From the NCBI RefSeq assembly GCF_006345805.1, contig NC_042998.1:101680001-101744000 (forward strand): a DNA stretch of 64,000 nucleotides, in the 5' to 3' direction. The stretch is from Octopus sinensis (Eukaryota). The notes beneath the pieces were generated by a model, which was not told where the DNA came from, made no database searches, and saw nothing but the letters and a program-made list of their open reading frames with translations. The position numbers and the translations under genes are program-made. Below are positions 26,782 through 39,423 of the stretch, one piece after another (position 1 is the stretch's first letter; every line of letters begins with the position of its first letter).

Positions 26782-26870
26782 TTTCTTCCTGAAGAGAAAG
26801 ACACAATATGGTCCCATTATTCAATCGGATTTTGGTAATTTGTGCCTTTCGAAACACGTGTAGAATGAAA
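26782..26870 (+). ncRNA. Type I hammerhead ribozyme (right pLTR)
   Basis: Stem I TTTCTTC / GAA(T)GAAA; core CTGAAGA at 26789-26795; stem II GAAAGACACAA / TTGTGCCTTTC; GAAAC-ACGT-GT-A at 26851-26862; predicted cleavage after GUA at 26862. Confidence 0.8.
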
Positions 26871-27078
26871 TAAAACGATTTCTGTTCAATCTGCGTTCAG
26901 CTCCATTTCTTCAATTCACCAATAATGTTTTAATTTCAATTATCCGCACCAACGCACGGTTGCAACGCCAGATGGTTGTACCTCCAACCGTGCTGTTTAC
27001 TGCTGTGATTTTTGCTACTAAGGTATCGGTTAAACTTTTGATTAATCTACTACAAGATTATTCATCTTTCTATTTCAC

Positions 27079-27118
<40 letters not shown>

Positions 27119-27423
27119 TTCTTGGCCTGCCAGTACCTCCGACGATCATTGCCGGCAGGGACAAAAATCTAACGTGGCGTCAGGCAGGCTTGCCTGAGAT
27201 GTATGCTGAGCAGCAAACCAAACTGTTCTACAGGATCTACTCCAAAGTCCGAGCATTATTGACATGTGGGTATATGTCGAACACCAGCTATCAGTTGTAG
27301 AACTGGTCGGGTTATCGGCTGAGCCCATTGTAGAGATCGCCCCGTTGCCTTCATATACCAATTGAGCAGTAGAGTCGATGTAATCGACTTACTCCTTTAT
27401 TCTAAATTGCTGGACTTGTACCA

Positions 27424-27473
<50 letters not shown>

Positions 27474-27489
27474 GCAGCATATTATACCG

Positions 27490-28100
27490 TATAGCATATT
27501 ACCAGTCAATGTACGCCACTCGCCCAGAAAGAATATAAGAGACGTCATTACAATATAGCAAGGATTGTCCATTGGACACTTTGCAACAAGTATGGGCTTG
27601 ACAGAGCAAACAAGTGCTACGAACGTGAACGCGAAGGCATCATCCAAAATGTTAATGCAAAGATCGTATTGGATTTTATGATTCAGTGCGATATTGAGAT
27701 AGAGAATAGGAAACTAGACATAGTCTTAATTGGGAAAGAAAGCAAACGATGCTGGATCATAGATATAGCATGCCCAGCTGACAACAAGGTATGCGGTTAG
27801 GAAGAAATAAAAGTCGATAGATATGGCAGGTTAGCTTGGGAAGTTAAGCTGTTGTAGTCGAAGAAAAATTTGGTACTAGTACCGATAATTATTGTAGCAC
27901 TGGGAACAGTGAAAAAAAATCTTGAGAAGTACTTGGAACAAAGAGTAGCTGCACATAAGGGCGAGGTATTTGCAGAAAACAGCGCTGCTTGGAAACGCTC
28001 GAATATTCGGGCGGTGCCCAAAAACTAAGGGGTGTTACCTTAGTTCACTGGCAGTGAACAGCTGGCACCGTAGCACATCTCGAGCGCCGGCTGTGCAAAA
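27490..28100 (+). mobile_element. R4/Dong-like LINE 3' fragment
   Basis: HITSQCTPLAQKEYKRRHYNIARIVHWTLCNKYG..WIIDIACPADNKV..YGRLAWEVK..VPIIIVALGTV. Preceded by (AAT)n and followed by (CTA)n(AAT)n. Confidence 0.85.
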
Positions 28101-28106
28101 ACAATA

Positions 28107-28176
<70 letters not shown>

Positions 28177-28274
28177 ATAATAATAATAATAATAATAACT
28201 ACAAAAATATTATTATTGTTGTAGTTATTATTATTATTATTAATATTAATATTATTATTACTATCATTAATATT

Positions 28275-28673
28275 GAGTGAGAGAGCAGTGCATGCCATGA
28301 AAGTGTGGTAAAATACACGAAACCCAGTATACTTATCATGACTACACGTCTGATAAGGTTACAAGAGGCACATGCATCACAATCATATGTGCGTTACATG
28401 ATCTCATATCGAAATACACAGCGTATGACCTTGTAGGTGGGGCCCAAATAGAATCTTTTCAAGTCGAGTTAACTTCTCCAACTCAAAAGGTACCTGAATA
28501 AGGGCTAAGGATGTTGAACGAAACACCAATATTTTCAGAGGTGAATTATCCAAACTCCAAGAGTTCCTCTCAACACATGGCTATTATGATGCTCCCCCAC
28601 TACCTCTGCTCGTGATCAGAGATGCATAATAATAATGATAATGAGAATAATAATAATAATAATAATAATGATA

Positions 28674-28732
<59 letters not shown>

Positions 28733-29026
28733 GATATAATAATAATAACCCCAGTGTCACTTTGATGGTATGCACTGCTCTCTCACTTAATAATAACAAC
28801 ATCAAATACAAAATAGACAACTTATCAGAAAGTGGCAAGTGCAGAATTTGCAGCTACTAAAGTCAACTAAAGTCAAGCAACTGACAAAACAATCTATGGT
28901 ATTGAGCAAAATATTCGCTGTAGCCCACCTTCTATAACAAGACAAAACAACGTACAAGATAACACTTTCAGTCAGTTAAGATCAGAAGCCATGAGAGCCA
29001 CTGTTTGGAACTCCATCAGAGCATTT
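28275..29026 (-). mobile_element. Family E element interrupted by a nested insertion
   Basis: 28275-28626 and about 28850-29026 are the reverse complement of 59248-59803. Between them lie (TAA)n, a plus-strand E 3' stub (28749-28790) and a LINE-like scrap translating YKIDNLSESGKCRIC. Confidence 0.75.
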
Positions 29027-29192
29027 GTTATTATCATTATTATTGTTATTATTATTTTTATTATCATTTATCATTAAGGCAACATCCTGACAGAATCGTT
29101 AGGAGGCCGGACGAAATTTGAAGTGCTGCGGTTATTTGATTATAACGACCCCATACTGTGGTCTTGTGAATATAGCAGAAACAACAACAACA

Positions 29193-29226
<34 letters not shown>

Positions 29227-29849
29227 GTAGTAGTAGTAGTAGTAGTAGTAGTATATGCCAGCATGTGTAGTTGTTTTCTAAGTAATTATCCAAAGCTATG
29301 CGAATTTAGAGTTTTTGCCTTTAGCAAAGAGGATTGAGTATTTCACTTTCATTTAGATTAATACGTAACAGGATATTATGAGCAATTTGGAAGCTCGTTT
29401 TTCACTATATTAAACGATAAAAGCGAGCGGTCTTTGCTATTTTGATTTTCTTTTTTGGAGATTTCGTAATAATGGTGTCTACAACAAGAAAAAAAATCAC
29501 TAAGAGAAAAAAGAATTACAGAAAAAAGACGACTACTTGCAATAAAATAAATGAAAACCCCTTTTTGTCACGAGAGACATACTGGAAATAATATTGACAT
29601 AATGAAATATAGAAGTAATAACTTTAATTAGCAATAGAGGCAGCAAATACTAACCAACTCTATCGATGCTCTCAAGTCAGAAAATTCTTGTTTCAACCTC
29701 ATGTGTTTCTAACATCGCAAAATTGAATATTATCTGTGGCACTCTGGTGACTGATGAGTGCGACTGTCATTGCCGTGTGAAACATTCGTCCTCTTTATAT
29801 TAGTAGATGATTATAACTGAAACTCTAGGGACAAAATGGTGTGGTGTTC

Positions 29850-31060
29850 ATTCTGCCATAGTTATAAGTTACAGTCATCGAGAATCGAAAGAACATTACC
29901 TCGTTTCATCAATGTAAGTCACAAGGATTCGTATATTCGATTTTCGGTGAAGTGGAAAGCAAAGAGGCTGCTTAGGAAATTGTCGCATATGAATCCTTAG
30001 ATACTGATTCCTCATTATTTATTGCAAAGTTATATGAACGCTATGCTCGTGGACTAGATCAACAACGCAAGCTCTTGGTTCACCATTACATTCAAAATAC
30101 AGCACGAGCCTACTGGGAATGCTGATATCACGAAGAATGCACTGTAGCCAAATGACATTTCAAGGGATGCAATAGACTGCATAAAGCTCGAAAGCTATGT
30201 GAAAGCAAACAAGTTTAGGGTATTCTGCCTAGTGTAGACATCGATAACAGAAATGTTTGCTGACTTCAAAGTGTCAGTAATGAATACTACTCTATTTCCG
30301 GACGAGATTATTGAACTTCTATTCTATGTCAGAAGCTACTCAGGAGGGCAGACGCTAACCCTGAATAGCTCAGATTGTAGACTATAGCAGACCATAACAG
30401 ATTGTAAGAGGAGAAAAATTGTTGCTCATAGCAGCAATTGTATCAGACGCAAATCCTTGTCTTCAGAGCACCAGATGCAATAGATCAGGAAATTTGATAA
30501 AAATCACATCCTACCCAGTCCCGGAAACCAATGATTTTTGCATCCGTCTTCCTATTATACCAACACCAAAACCTAATCGATTTGTGACGTGGCGGAGATG
30601 AAAGATAGTCCATATAGCACCTACTACGATAACGAAATACAAACTAAGATCAAATCCATCAATAACACTCCATCCATCGAAGATGAGTTCAGAACAGTGG
30701 CCGAAGGTGATCAACAGTTTTAGAAACAAAAATCGAAAATTTTTCCCACAAAAGAAGTGAGCCAAATGAAAGAACACCAGAGAACTGATAGAGACCTTCT
30801 GAATATAGAACGGGCTCCGGCTTGTAGGAAACCATTTTCTCCGAATAAAAACCCATCTATTGTAAGATGAAACTCTCAGCCATGAGGAAGAATCATTCTC
30901 CTGTAAAGGGGAACCCGTTCTGCATAAGGTGAAACCCATTTTTCTCCGAATAAAATGCTTTATCAACCATTGGAAATGTTAACAGTGTATTGAAGGAGGA
31001 CATGTGATATGGTCAAGAACGTTCCAGACAAAGTACCGATTAAGGAGATGTGAACACCAA
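29850..31060 (+). mobile_element. Highly decayed Ty3/Gypsy-like pol remnant (RNase H to integrase)
   Basis: Scattered motifs in the expected order: PIVISYSHR, ESKEAA*EIVAY, TFKIQHEPTGNAD, SEATQEGRR*P*IAQIVDY, KGEPVLHKV. Many stops; matched by eye only. Confidence 0.35.
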
Positions 31061-31359
31061 TACCACAAAACTTAGAATATTAAAAGTTTCGACACTGTCC
31101 ACACGTCAGTATTTCTTGTCCATTCTCACAAAAGAACTTCCGAGAGAAAATTCTTGAATAATCCATGAAGAATTTGAGAGGTCTATTATTGTTCAAATAC
31201 TACCGAAGACGACTTTGCCCTTCATCCTTTCGAGATTGAAAAAATAAGTCCCGGTTCAGGACTGAGATCGTTGTAATCGACTATCCCTCTCCCCAAAAGT
31301 TGTTTTTATTATTGTATTGTTTTTGTATTATTTTTATTTCTATCAATACAAAATAATAC

Positions 31360-31390
<31 letters not shown>

Positions 31391-31850
31391 GAGTGAGAGA
31401 GCGGTTCATGCCATCAAAGTGACACTGGGGTAAAATATACGAAGCCCAATATACCCATCATGACTACCCGTCTGATAAAGGTACACCAGGCACATGCATC
31501 ACAACCATATGTGCGCGACATGGTGATCTCATATCAAGATAAACAACACATGACCTTGCAGGTGGGGCCCAGTTAGATTTTCTTCAGGTTGAGTAGCCCA
31601 TCCTGCTCAAACGGTCCCTGAATAAGGGTTGCTTTAGGATGTTGAACGAAACACCTATGTTTCCAGAGGTGAACCATTCAAACTCCAAAGAATCCCTCTC
31701 AACACATGGCCATGATGCTCCCCCACTACTTCTGCTCGTGATCAGAGATGCACATATCGTCAGCCACTAAGGGACATGCTCAACTGGTTAAGGTCAAACA
31801 ACTGACAAGCAAACCTGTGGTATTGAGCAGAATATTTGCTGTAGCCCATC

Positions 31851-31854
<4 letters not shown>
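31391..31854 (-). mobile_element. Family E element, 5'-truncated by about 90 bp, flanked by (TTA)n
   Basis: Near-identical reverse complement of about 59339-59803, with (TTA)n on both sides. Confidence 0.85.
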
Positions 31855-31911
<57 letters not shown>

Positions 31912-32859
31912 TGCTGCGCACCCGTTCAGGCATTTCCTCAGATTTTAACCAGAAGAAAAACACAAACATGAAACTTTTGTACAACAAAACATGCACGGTA
32001 ACGGAGCAAAATATATTTCTAAACCGAGTTCGGAATGAGGAAACAAGCTCAGTAAGCGAGTCATGTATCTACTTATAAACGACTCCCCGAAATATTCGAA
32101 CGAAGGAACATAAGGGTTTCTGTAAAAGATAACACTGATGATGCTGGTTCCCGGTTCATGACCATCTTCGAAGTTCAATGTTGGTAGGCGTCCACCACTG
32201 ACACGGCATTTGGTAATATGTGATCGGGTGGAGTATATATGAAGAAAGAAGTTTTCATGACCTCACAAGATTACAAACCTACCATTTGTGCAGTGCAATA
32301 CGTGCTGTGAAAAATTATTGAAGATGGGATGAACAGTGAGGAAATTGTTGCTAATGATATGGCTTTAATAGTTAATTAAGGGATTTCTGTTGAGAAGCTT
32401 TAAAATTTAGAAGAAAACACCATAAAAATAACAACAGAATACGAAACCTGCCGTTTTTAGAGAACCACCAAGTGAAAATCTGGGAGCTATAAAATAAATT
32501 TTCTCACAATCAGTTCCAAGAGACATCCAGAGGCGAAACAAGCTTTATTCTAGTCATATCTAGGGGCACCATGAACAAATTGGCAGTTGTGAAAGAGTGA
32601 GGGAAAAAGTGAAAACAATAAAAGAGAAGCCGACAAAGGGTTACACGTCCCAAGAAAAAGTAAGCAAAATATGTAGGAGAAGTCCATAACATTCTAGGCC
32701 AGAATGAAATTAGCTGTTTCTTTCTATTTTTCATTTTTGCTCAACAAATGACGATCTGATGTAAAATTAAGATATATGCATGGATGTTAAGAATGAATAA
32801 GGTACCATGGAATCTGGGAAAGACGGGTTATATATAATCTTTTCTCCTGTAGGCACAAG

Positions 32860-33140
32860 TCCTGAAGCTTTTTGGTGCTCAAATGGTACACGTTTTATCG
32901 ACCAAGGAAGGATGAAAGACAAAGCTGACCTCGGCGGAAGTCGAACTGTGAACGTAAAGACAAGATAAAACCTGCTAAGCATTTTGTCCTGCGCGGTAAC
33001 AATTCTGCCAGTTCGACGCGTTTACAGACTAATAATAATGGTTTCAAATTATTTTGGCACAGGGTTAAGTTGATTACCTTGATTCCAGTACTCAACTGAT
33101 ACTTATTTTATCGACCCCAAAAAGATGAAAGGCAAAATCA
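32860..33140 (-). mobile_element. Family A SINE, two diverged copies
   Basis: ATCGACCAAGGAAGGATGAAAGACAAAGCTGACCTCGGCGGA and ATCGACCCCAAAAAGATGAAAGGCAAAATC cores. Confidence 0.7.
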
Positions 33141-36100
33141 ACATATTAATTATATAATCCCTTGATTATCACGGGTGTTGCGTTCAAGAACCTTCCACAG
33201 GAATAATTAAAATATAAAAAAAATATAACTACCTATCAGCCGTTGAAACCCGAGATATACCGAGGAGTCCACGATATAAATTTACATATATAATTTACAT
33301 TATGTTAATATGTCAAACCAATTAAAAATTCTATTTATGCAGCTGAGGATAGTTCTGATTTAAATTCATGTAATAATTGCATTGTTCAATTTAATAGAGC
33401 CGCTTGAAATGGTCGCACTGCATCACTTCTTGACATCCTGTGGCTTATTTTGATTTTACTCACCTTACTTTAAGTTGTACGGATAATACCGCACTGATTT
33501 GGTGCTTCATCTTAGGTACCTAATTTAACACGACATGTTGGGCTACTACCGTTCTTTAATATATTGGCCTGGTAATTATTATTATTATTATATTTGTAGT
33601 AGTAGTAGTGTTGGTTGTGTGTTGGTGGTGGCACTATTAGTAGTAGTAGTATGCTGATTATGTTGCGATCAACAACGTAATTTTCATTGGAAGTCAATTG
33701 TTTCGTGGTTCATGTGTGGGTTTTTGTTGGTGCTGTTGAAAATATATAGAATCCTAGGAAAACAAATTCCACAAGGCAGGTAACTGAGAGAGTAATCTAA
33801 CGTAGAAATTATTTTAGAAGTATTTATTTCAAATCCTACCAGTTACTATACCAATTGAGTTGCTAAACATAGTATTGGACAAATATTGGCAGTTGATTAA
33901 TTCTACTGTTGACTATACTTCGTCTGATTGTCCCTGCCTCAATGATAGAAATTTGTATTGATATTTATTTTACAATTGGTATAATATAATATAATATTGC
34001 TAAACTTTGGTCACATGCGATTATTAAATGGAAGATCTGTCACTATTTAAGACAGCCCTCCAACCTTACCATTTCGTTCGAAAACTGGTGGGAGTAAATC
34101 TCACTCGTAGTAATTGAAGCTGAAGATGTCACTACATAATTGTTATGAAGACCGATCGAATAATCAGTGCCAGTCGCTCGCTTATTATACAATAAATCAT
34201 AAGAGAACATTTAATTTCCTGTTAACAGTTATGAATATCTACTTGAAGACCATTCCTTGAAAGAAGGAATTTTGTATGCTACTAGAGTACACGGTTTATT
34301 ACTTGAAATATCTAAGTTCTTGTTGAATTTAATAATAGTAATTAATGAACTTGGCATAATAAGAAATATGTAAATTTGCTTCTGTCAATAGATATGCAAG
34401 ATATTCGGAAACTGTATAAAGTGTCACCCTTAATACTACTTCTCATATATTCTTGTAATCATTAGTCTCATCCAAATATGAACAAAAGTGATTAATTGTA
34501 TTTTTGTTTTAACATATATTATTTGCTATATATTAATGCGTGTGATATACTGATATTATACATTTATTCAGTTTATATGGTTTTGTAATTGAAATCAACT
34601 GGGTATCTAATTCTACCGCATTATACGAACGGATAATGAGAATATAAATATATTTCATGTGCGTATCCATTCATTGTACCATAGGTGCATAACACCACTG
34701 AACATTTTCTTCTCGCGTAGTGTGTCTTGGGCAAGTCAGCAAGGCGGCGAACTAATCCGCTAAGCTGAACTCAAATAGGGTGAGCTCAAGACTTAAAACA
34801 AATATCTCTCTGTGTTAATGCATCGGTGAAAAGTAATTTCAAATAACTGAATTCAAAATACATAAATCAATGACTATATCAATTGATAGTTCTTCTACTG
34901 ACACATCCTCAAAAAGTCCTATGTATAGTCTAAAGAATCGACATCAGAACATCGTCGAACTTATCCGAAAATAATTTTTCTGACGTGACCCAAAATCACG
35001 TTTAGGAACATAAATAGAAAGCCAAAAGTATCTTATTAACGATGCTTTCTAAATAGTCTAATTGGGCACATATTATGCAAGTGGATACAATCGATTATAG
35101 AGACTTTTCTACTCTAGGCACAAATCCCGATTTTGGGGGACGGGATTAAGTCGACTAGATTCACCCCAGTATGCGAATGATACTTAATTTATCGACCCCG
35201 AAATGATGAAAGGCGAAGTCGACCTCGGCGGAATTTGAATTGAGAACTAAGACGAAATACCAATACCACTATCGTAATGACCAGCAGCAACAACGGCAGC
35301 AGCACTACCACCAACATCGGCACCAAGCCTGCCGCTTTGGGCCACTCAGGATTGCTCTCAGAACATGTATAAACATATTGAAATCCAGCAACTTTATCGC
35401 CGGCTGCTTTACATAGAAATAACCATACATATATTTTGTATAGAATTAGAAACAAAATATAGCTTTTATAAAATACACGGGAAATAATTTTACACACATA
35501 CAAACACACACGCACAAACACACGCACACACACGCACACATACGCACACACACGCACATACACTTACGCACGCACGTAATAACACATGCACACACACAAA
35601 CACACGCACTCACATATAAATAAGTTTACGAATTTATATATGGTGATATCTAAATAAATACATACATCTGTATGTGTGTGTATGTATATATGTAGGTACG
35701 ATTCCCATACATGACGAATATCACAAGAATTTTTATTTATTGGATGAATATTCAAATTTTAATCAGTCTGAGGCGTTAAGGAAACTAATTTAACTATTGA
35801 ATTAATGTTACCGTTATTTCATTAGTCATTCGGACAAGTGGAGTGATTCGTTGACAATTGTAATTCTGTGCACAACTGTAGATATTTGAAAAATAGAAGC
35901 GTCGTTATGATCAAAATTGCAAATTATGTAAATCTTTCTGTAAAATATGGAAAAATTAGTCCGAGAATCTATATTTCAGATATCGTATGTCTGTTTAGAA
36001 TACTGATATTGATATTTTGTGATATAGGTATCGCAATATGTAGGTAAGGATCATGATAGGGTGATAATCAATCATCAGAAAAAATTAGTGTTACAAGCAT

Positions 36101-36428
36101 TTGGGCCTGATCTCCAGTTTTCTCTTTCCTATCATTCTCCTTGATCTTGCACACTGTCACGGGTATTGGTTTTATCCTGATTACATAGATACATATATAA
36201 ATACATGCATTTATGTATGTATGTATGTATGTATGTATGTATGTATGTATATGTATGTACATATGTATGTATGCATATATATATTATATGTGTACGTATG
36301 TATGAGCCGTTATCGAAATTTCCTGTGTGCAATAAAGCTAACTTGTGCGCGTTTGTTTCAGTTTGGCGGGACTGAACGGCCATTAATGTAGTCATCTTAC
36401 CAAACCGGCTGTGGACTACACAGAATAA

Positions 36429-36632
36429 AACCCGAAAAGGTATCAGATTTGTGGAAAGGTATGTGCTTCGTCAGGAGGCCACAAGCACCACATGAAAATG
36501 TACAACAAGAATGAATCGCAAAAGAGTAGCATTATTATACACGCTTGTCAGCGGTGTGGTAAAGAATATGGTTCATTGTCTGGACTGAAGAGTCATATAC
36601 GAGCATCACATATGACTTCGATCAGGCGATAG
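36429..36632 (+). pseudogene. Two C2H2 zinc-finger-like motifs, probably the C-terminus of an RTE-type LINE
   Basis: Open frame NPKRYQICGKVCASSGGHKHHMKMY..HACQRCGKEYGSLSGLKSHIRASH..*. The first finger is degenerate and there is no TGEKP linker. Confidence 0.45.
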
Positions 36633-36814
36633 CAATACTCGAACACAAGCCTGCAGCCATAATGTATGTATGTATGTGGGTATGTATGTATATATGTTTG
36701 TTTGTATGTATGTATATGCTGAGACCCCCATCGGTCATGAAGGAGGGTGCCCGTTTCCAACAAAGATACAAGGCTCCAACTTAGGGATGTAGTTTACACA
36801 GGCAAATTCACATT

Positions 36815-37600
36815 TAGAACTTGAGAAAAGTCTTGCATATTTTTATTGCGCCACTCACAGATTAGACTTGTAATGTACAAATCAGTCGGTCAATTTCTCT
36901 TTCTGAAACTCCCAATTATCCAGATTCATCTTTAAGCATTTACTAACAAAAGCTAGTGCTCCAATTATTATTGGTATGCATATGAATTCGTAGTCTGGAT
37001 ATAGAAGCTGGAGGTTTCGAAGCAGTTATTTCAAAGAGATATTTATATCTGCAGGGCAGCTAACCTCTATGTTGTTACATACCTTAGCCCCTCAGTCCCA
37101 AACAACAATATCCGGCATGTTACGCTTACATTTGACAAACTTTTAATGTGTATAGTCCACCAGTATTCCTTGAGTTGGTGTTTATGAATGTATTCCATAA
37201 CATAGGGATTTTCTAAGTTTATTTCAGGATATTCTTTTTTGCGGATGGCAATGTAAACTGTTTTAGCAACAACATCGTGCCGCCTAAGGAGGTAGTACCG
37301 TGACGACATTTTTGGACAGCTGTTAATCACATACGTAATGTCGTCTACGGAAACATGACATAGGGTAGACATGCGGTTGCATCTTGGGATTACAAGAGCG
37401 TCACTGTCTCTCTTGTTCACTAGGTACTTTGTGGCAATCTCCTGTTCCTAGATTGCAAACACATAACCTTCAAAGTGTGATGTGATGTAGTGGTCTAGTG
37501 TCCAAGAGAGGCTGCACTTCGTGTCAATTCTACTGGTTTCTTCAAGCTTCCAGGCAACATACACATGCATAGTCCTTTTTTGTATGCTTGGTGCTTCTAT
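36815..37600 (-). mobile_element. RLE-type (R4/NeSL-like) LINE 3' fragment of a distinct family
   Basis: LCHVSVDDITYVINSCPKMSSRYYLLRRHDVVAK (CCHC-region relic), then EVSCPADINI..LYPDYEFICIPIIIGALAFV..KICKTFLKF. Confidence 0.8.
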
Positions 37601-39381
37601 CCAGGTCTTCTCTGTGTGTATGTATGTATGTATGTGTATATGTTTGTATGTATGTGTATGCGTGTATGCATACATATATATATATATATGCGTGTATATA
37701 TATATGTATATATATATATATATATGCGTGTATATATATATGTATGTGTGTGTGTGTGTGAGTGTGTGTATGTATGTATGTCTGTCTGTCTGTTTGTATG
37801 TATGTATGTATGTATGTACGTATGTATGTATCACTACTGATTTTGTCTTTGAGACAGGACGTCGTTCTTCAGCCGATTCAATTTTCACTAGTACCAACGC
37901 AATGCCAATCAGCCGCTCTTTCAGTCTAATATCTCTTTTCAAATTAAAGTATATTCATTGAGTAATCGCATCAAAATTATTTTAGAATCTGACTTTGAGA
38001 TCTTAACGTATGTAGCAAATTTGATTCACAACAATTAGAATAATAATTTCTCCATTAAGTATTACGAATAAGATTTAGCGACAGTCAGAATTTCTTATAA
38101 TGATTTTTACTAGGTTTATTCAATTCGAGACAACTATTATACTTCTATCACCTCATCACTATGACTCTAAGTTCCTAATCCGGTCATAAAAAGTGATGAG
38201 AGTAGTATTAAGTTTCATGTGATGGTTTAGGCTCATAAAATGTTCATATGGTAAGATAATACTATTGCGTTAAAAAATACACAAACATTTCGACGTTATA
38301 ATAGGAGTTATTCTGCTTCTAGTTAGAAAAGGATTTTCCAATTCAAGATGGTGTTTGTGACTTAACGATAGCTATCTGACAATGGCCAATTGCAGCCAGG
38401 AACTATATTTATATACTAAAAGTAAATATAAATGTTTGGAAGGTCTATTTCGCTTCTTGAAATTTTCTATCTGCAGTGATTTTTGAAAGATGTGGTGTGA
38501 TTCTCACCTATATTCGACGCATTACGAAATTGTTAATTATATCTGAAAATTTTTCGAACCAACTACATGGCGTTGAGATTATCTCCTTTGTCTGCAAATG
38601 TGCAGCGTTTTACGAACCATGTGACCTATAATAACGAAGCGTTGTCTTGTAGTAGTTTGAAAGCGAAATAACATTATGTTAACTTCGAGTGTATAATCAG
38701 GAGAAATATTTCTATGTACATTATTTGTAATAAACCCGTATATCATTATTTTGTTTCTCGAGATAATTGCTCAATTGTTGGAGATTCACAAATTATTGAT
38801 GTATGGTTAACGTCCCATGACTTGCATATCTTATGGAGGCATAGCAGCGGATGAACTTCAAGTTCCATAGCATAGTAGCCATACCATATTTCTTGTAGAA
38901 CATACATTTGATAAGATATTTGACAGGAATACTGTTAGATTGTCATTCTACAACACGTAACCTTGCGTAAAACATTACATTTCAATTAACAAGAAATAAT
39001 AATGGTACAGCAAACGTTGGTAGCAGCTGAAATTCCAATAATTATTATGTTTGTAGGAATAATTGCTCAGTTGTTGGGGGTTGTCATATTGATGCTGCAA
39101 GGTTAACACCCCATAAATTGCATATCTTATCTTATTGAGGCATATCAGCCGAAGAACTTCAAATTCGATGTCATATATACACCCATTCATTTCGAAACCC
39201 GTCAAAATGAACTACAGGACTTCAATTTTGTATTTTTACGTCTTTCAGATTCTCCGCCTTTCCTAAATAGCAACATTCTAGTAGTTACAGCAAAGTCGCT
39301 AATTGAATCACTTTTACGTGATTTTCAAAAAGACAATGAAATCATGATAGAGACATATTAGTCAATTTATGTATTATTATG

Positions 39382-39423
<42 letters not shown>

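Larger units (their letters stand above)
25113..26929. mobile_element. Penelope-like insertion with inverted pseudo-LTRs: 809-bp arms (25113-25921 and 26121-26929) and a 199-bp spacer
   Basis: The arms are reverse complements with only a handful of differences. The spacer plus inner arm end encodes a GIY-YIG C-terminus. Each arm carries a hammerhead motif near its outer end. The left end abuts (TA)n. Confidence 0.88.

Noticed and set aside
25185-26857. Identical ORF pairs on opposite strands (MFRKAQ.., MCVCILF..)
   Set aside because: By-products of the inverted pLTR arms, with no protein-like features.
34120-34175. CTGAAGA..GAAGACCGATCG hammerhead-like string
   Set aside because: The GAAA box and stems I and III are not satisfied.
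36585-36620. CTGAAGA followed by a 7-bp hairpin
   Set aside because: No GAAA/UH half follows; the sequence is part of the zinc-finger coding relic.
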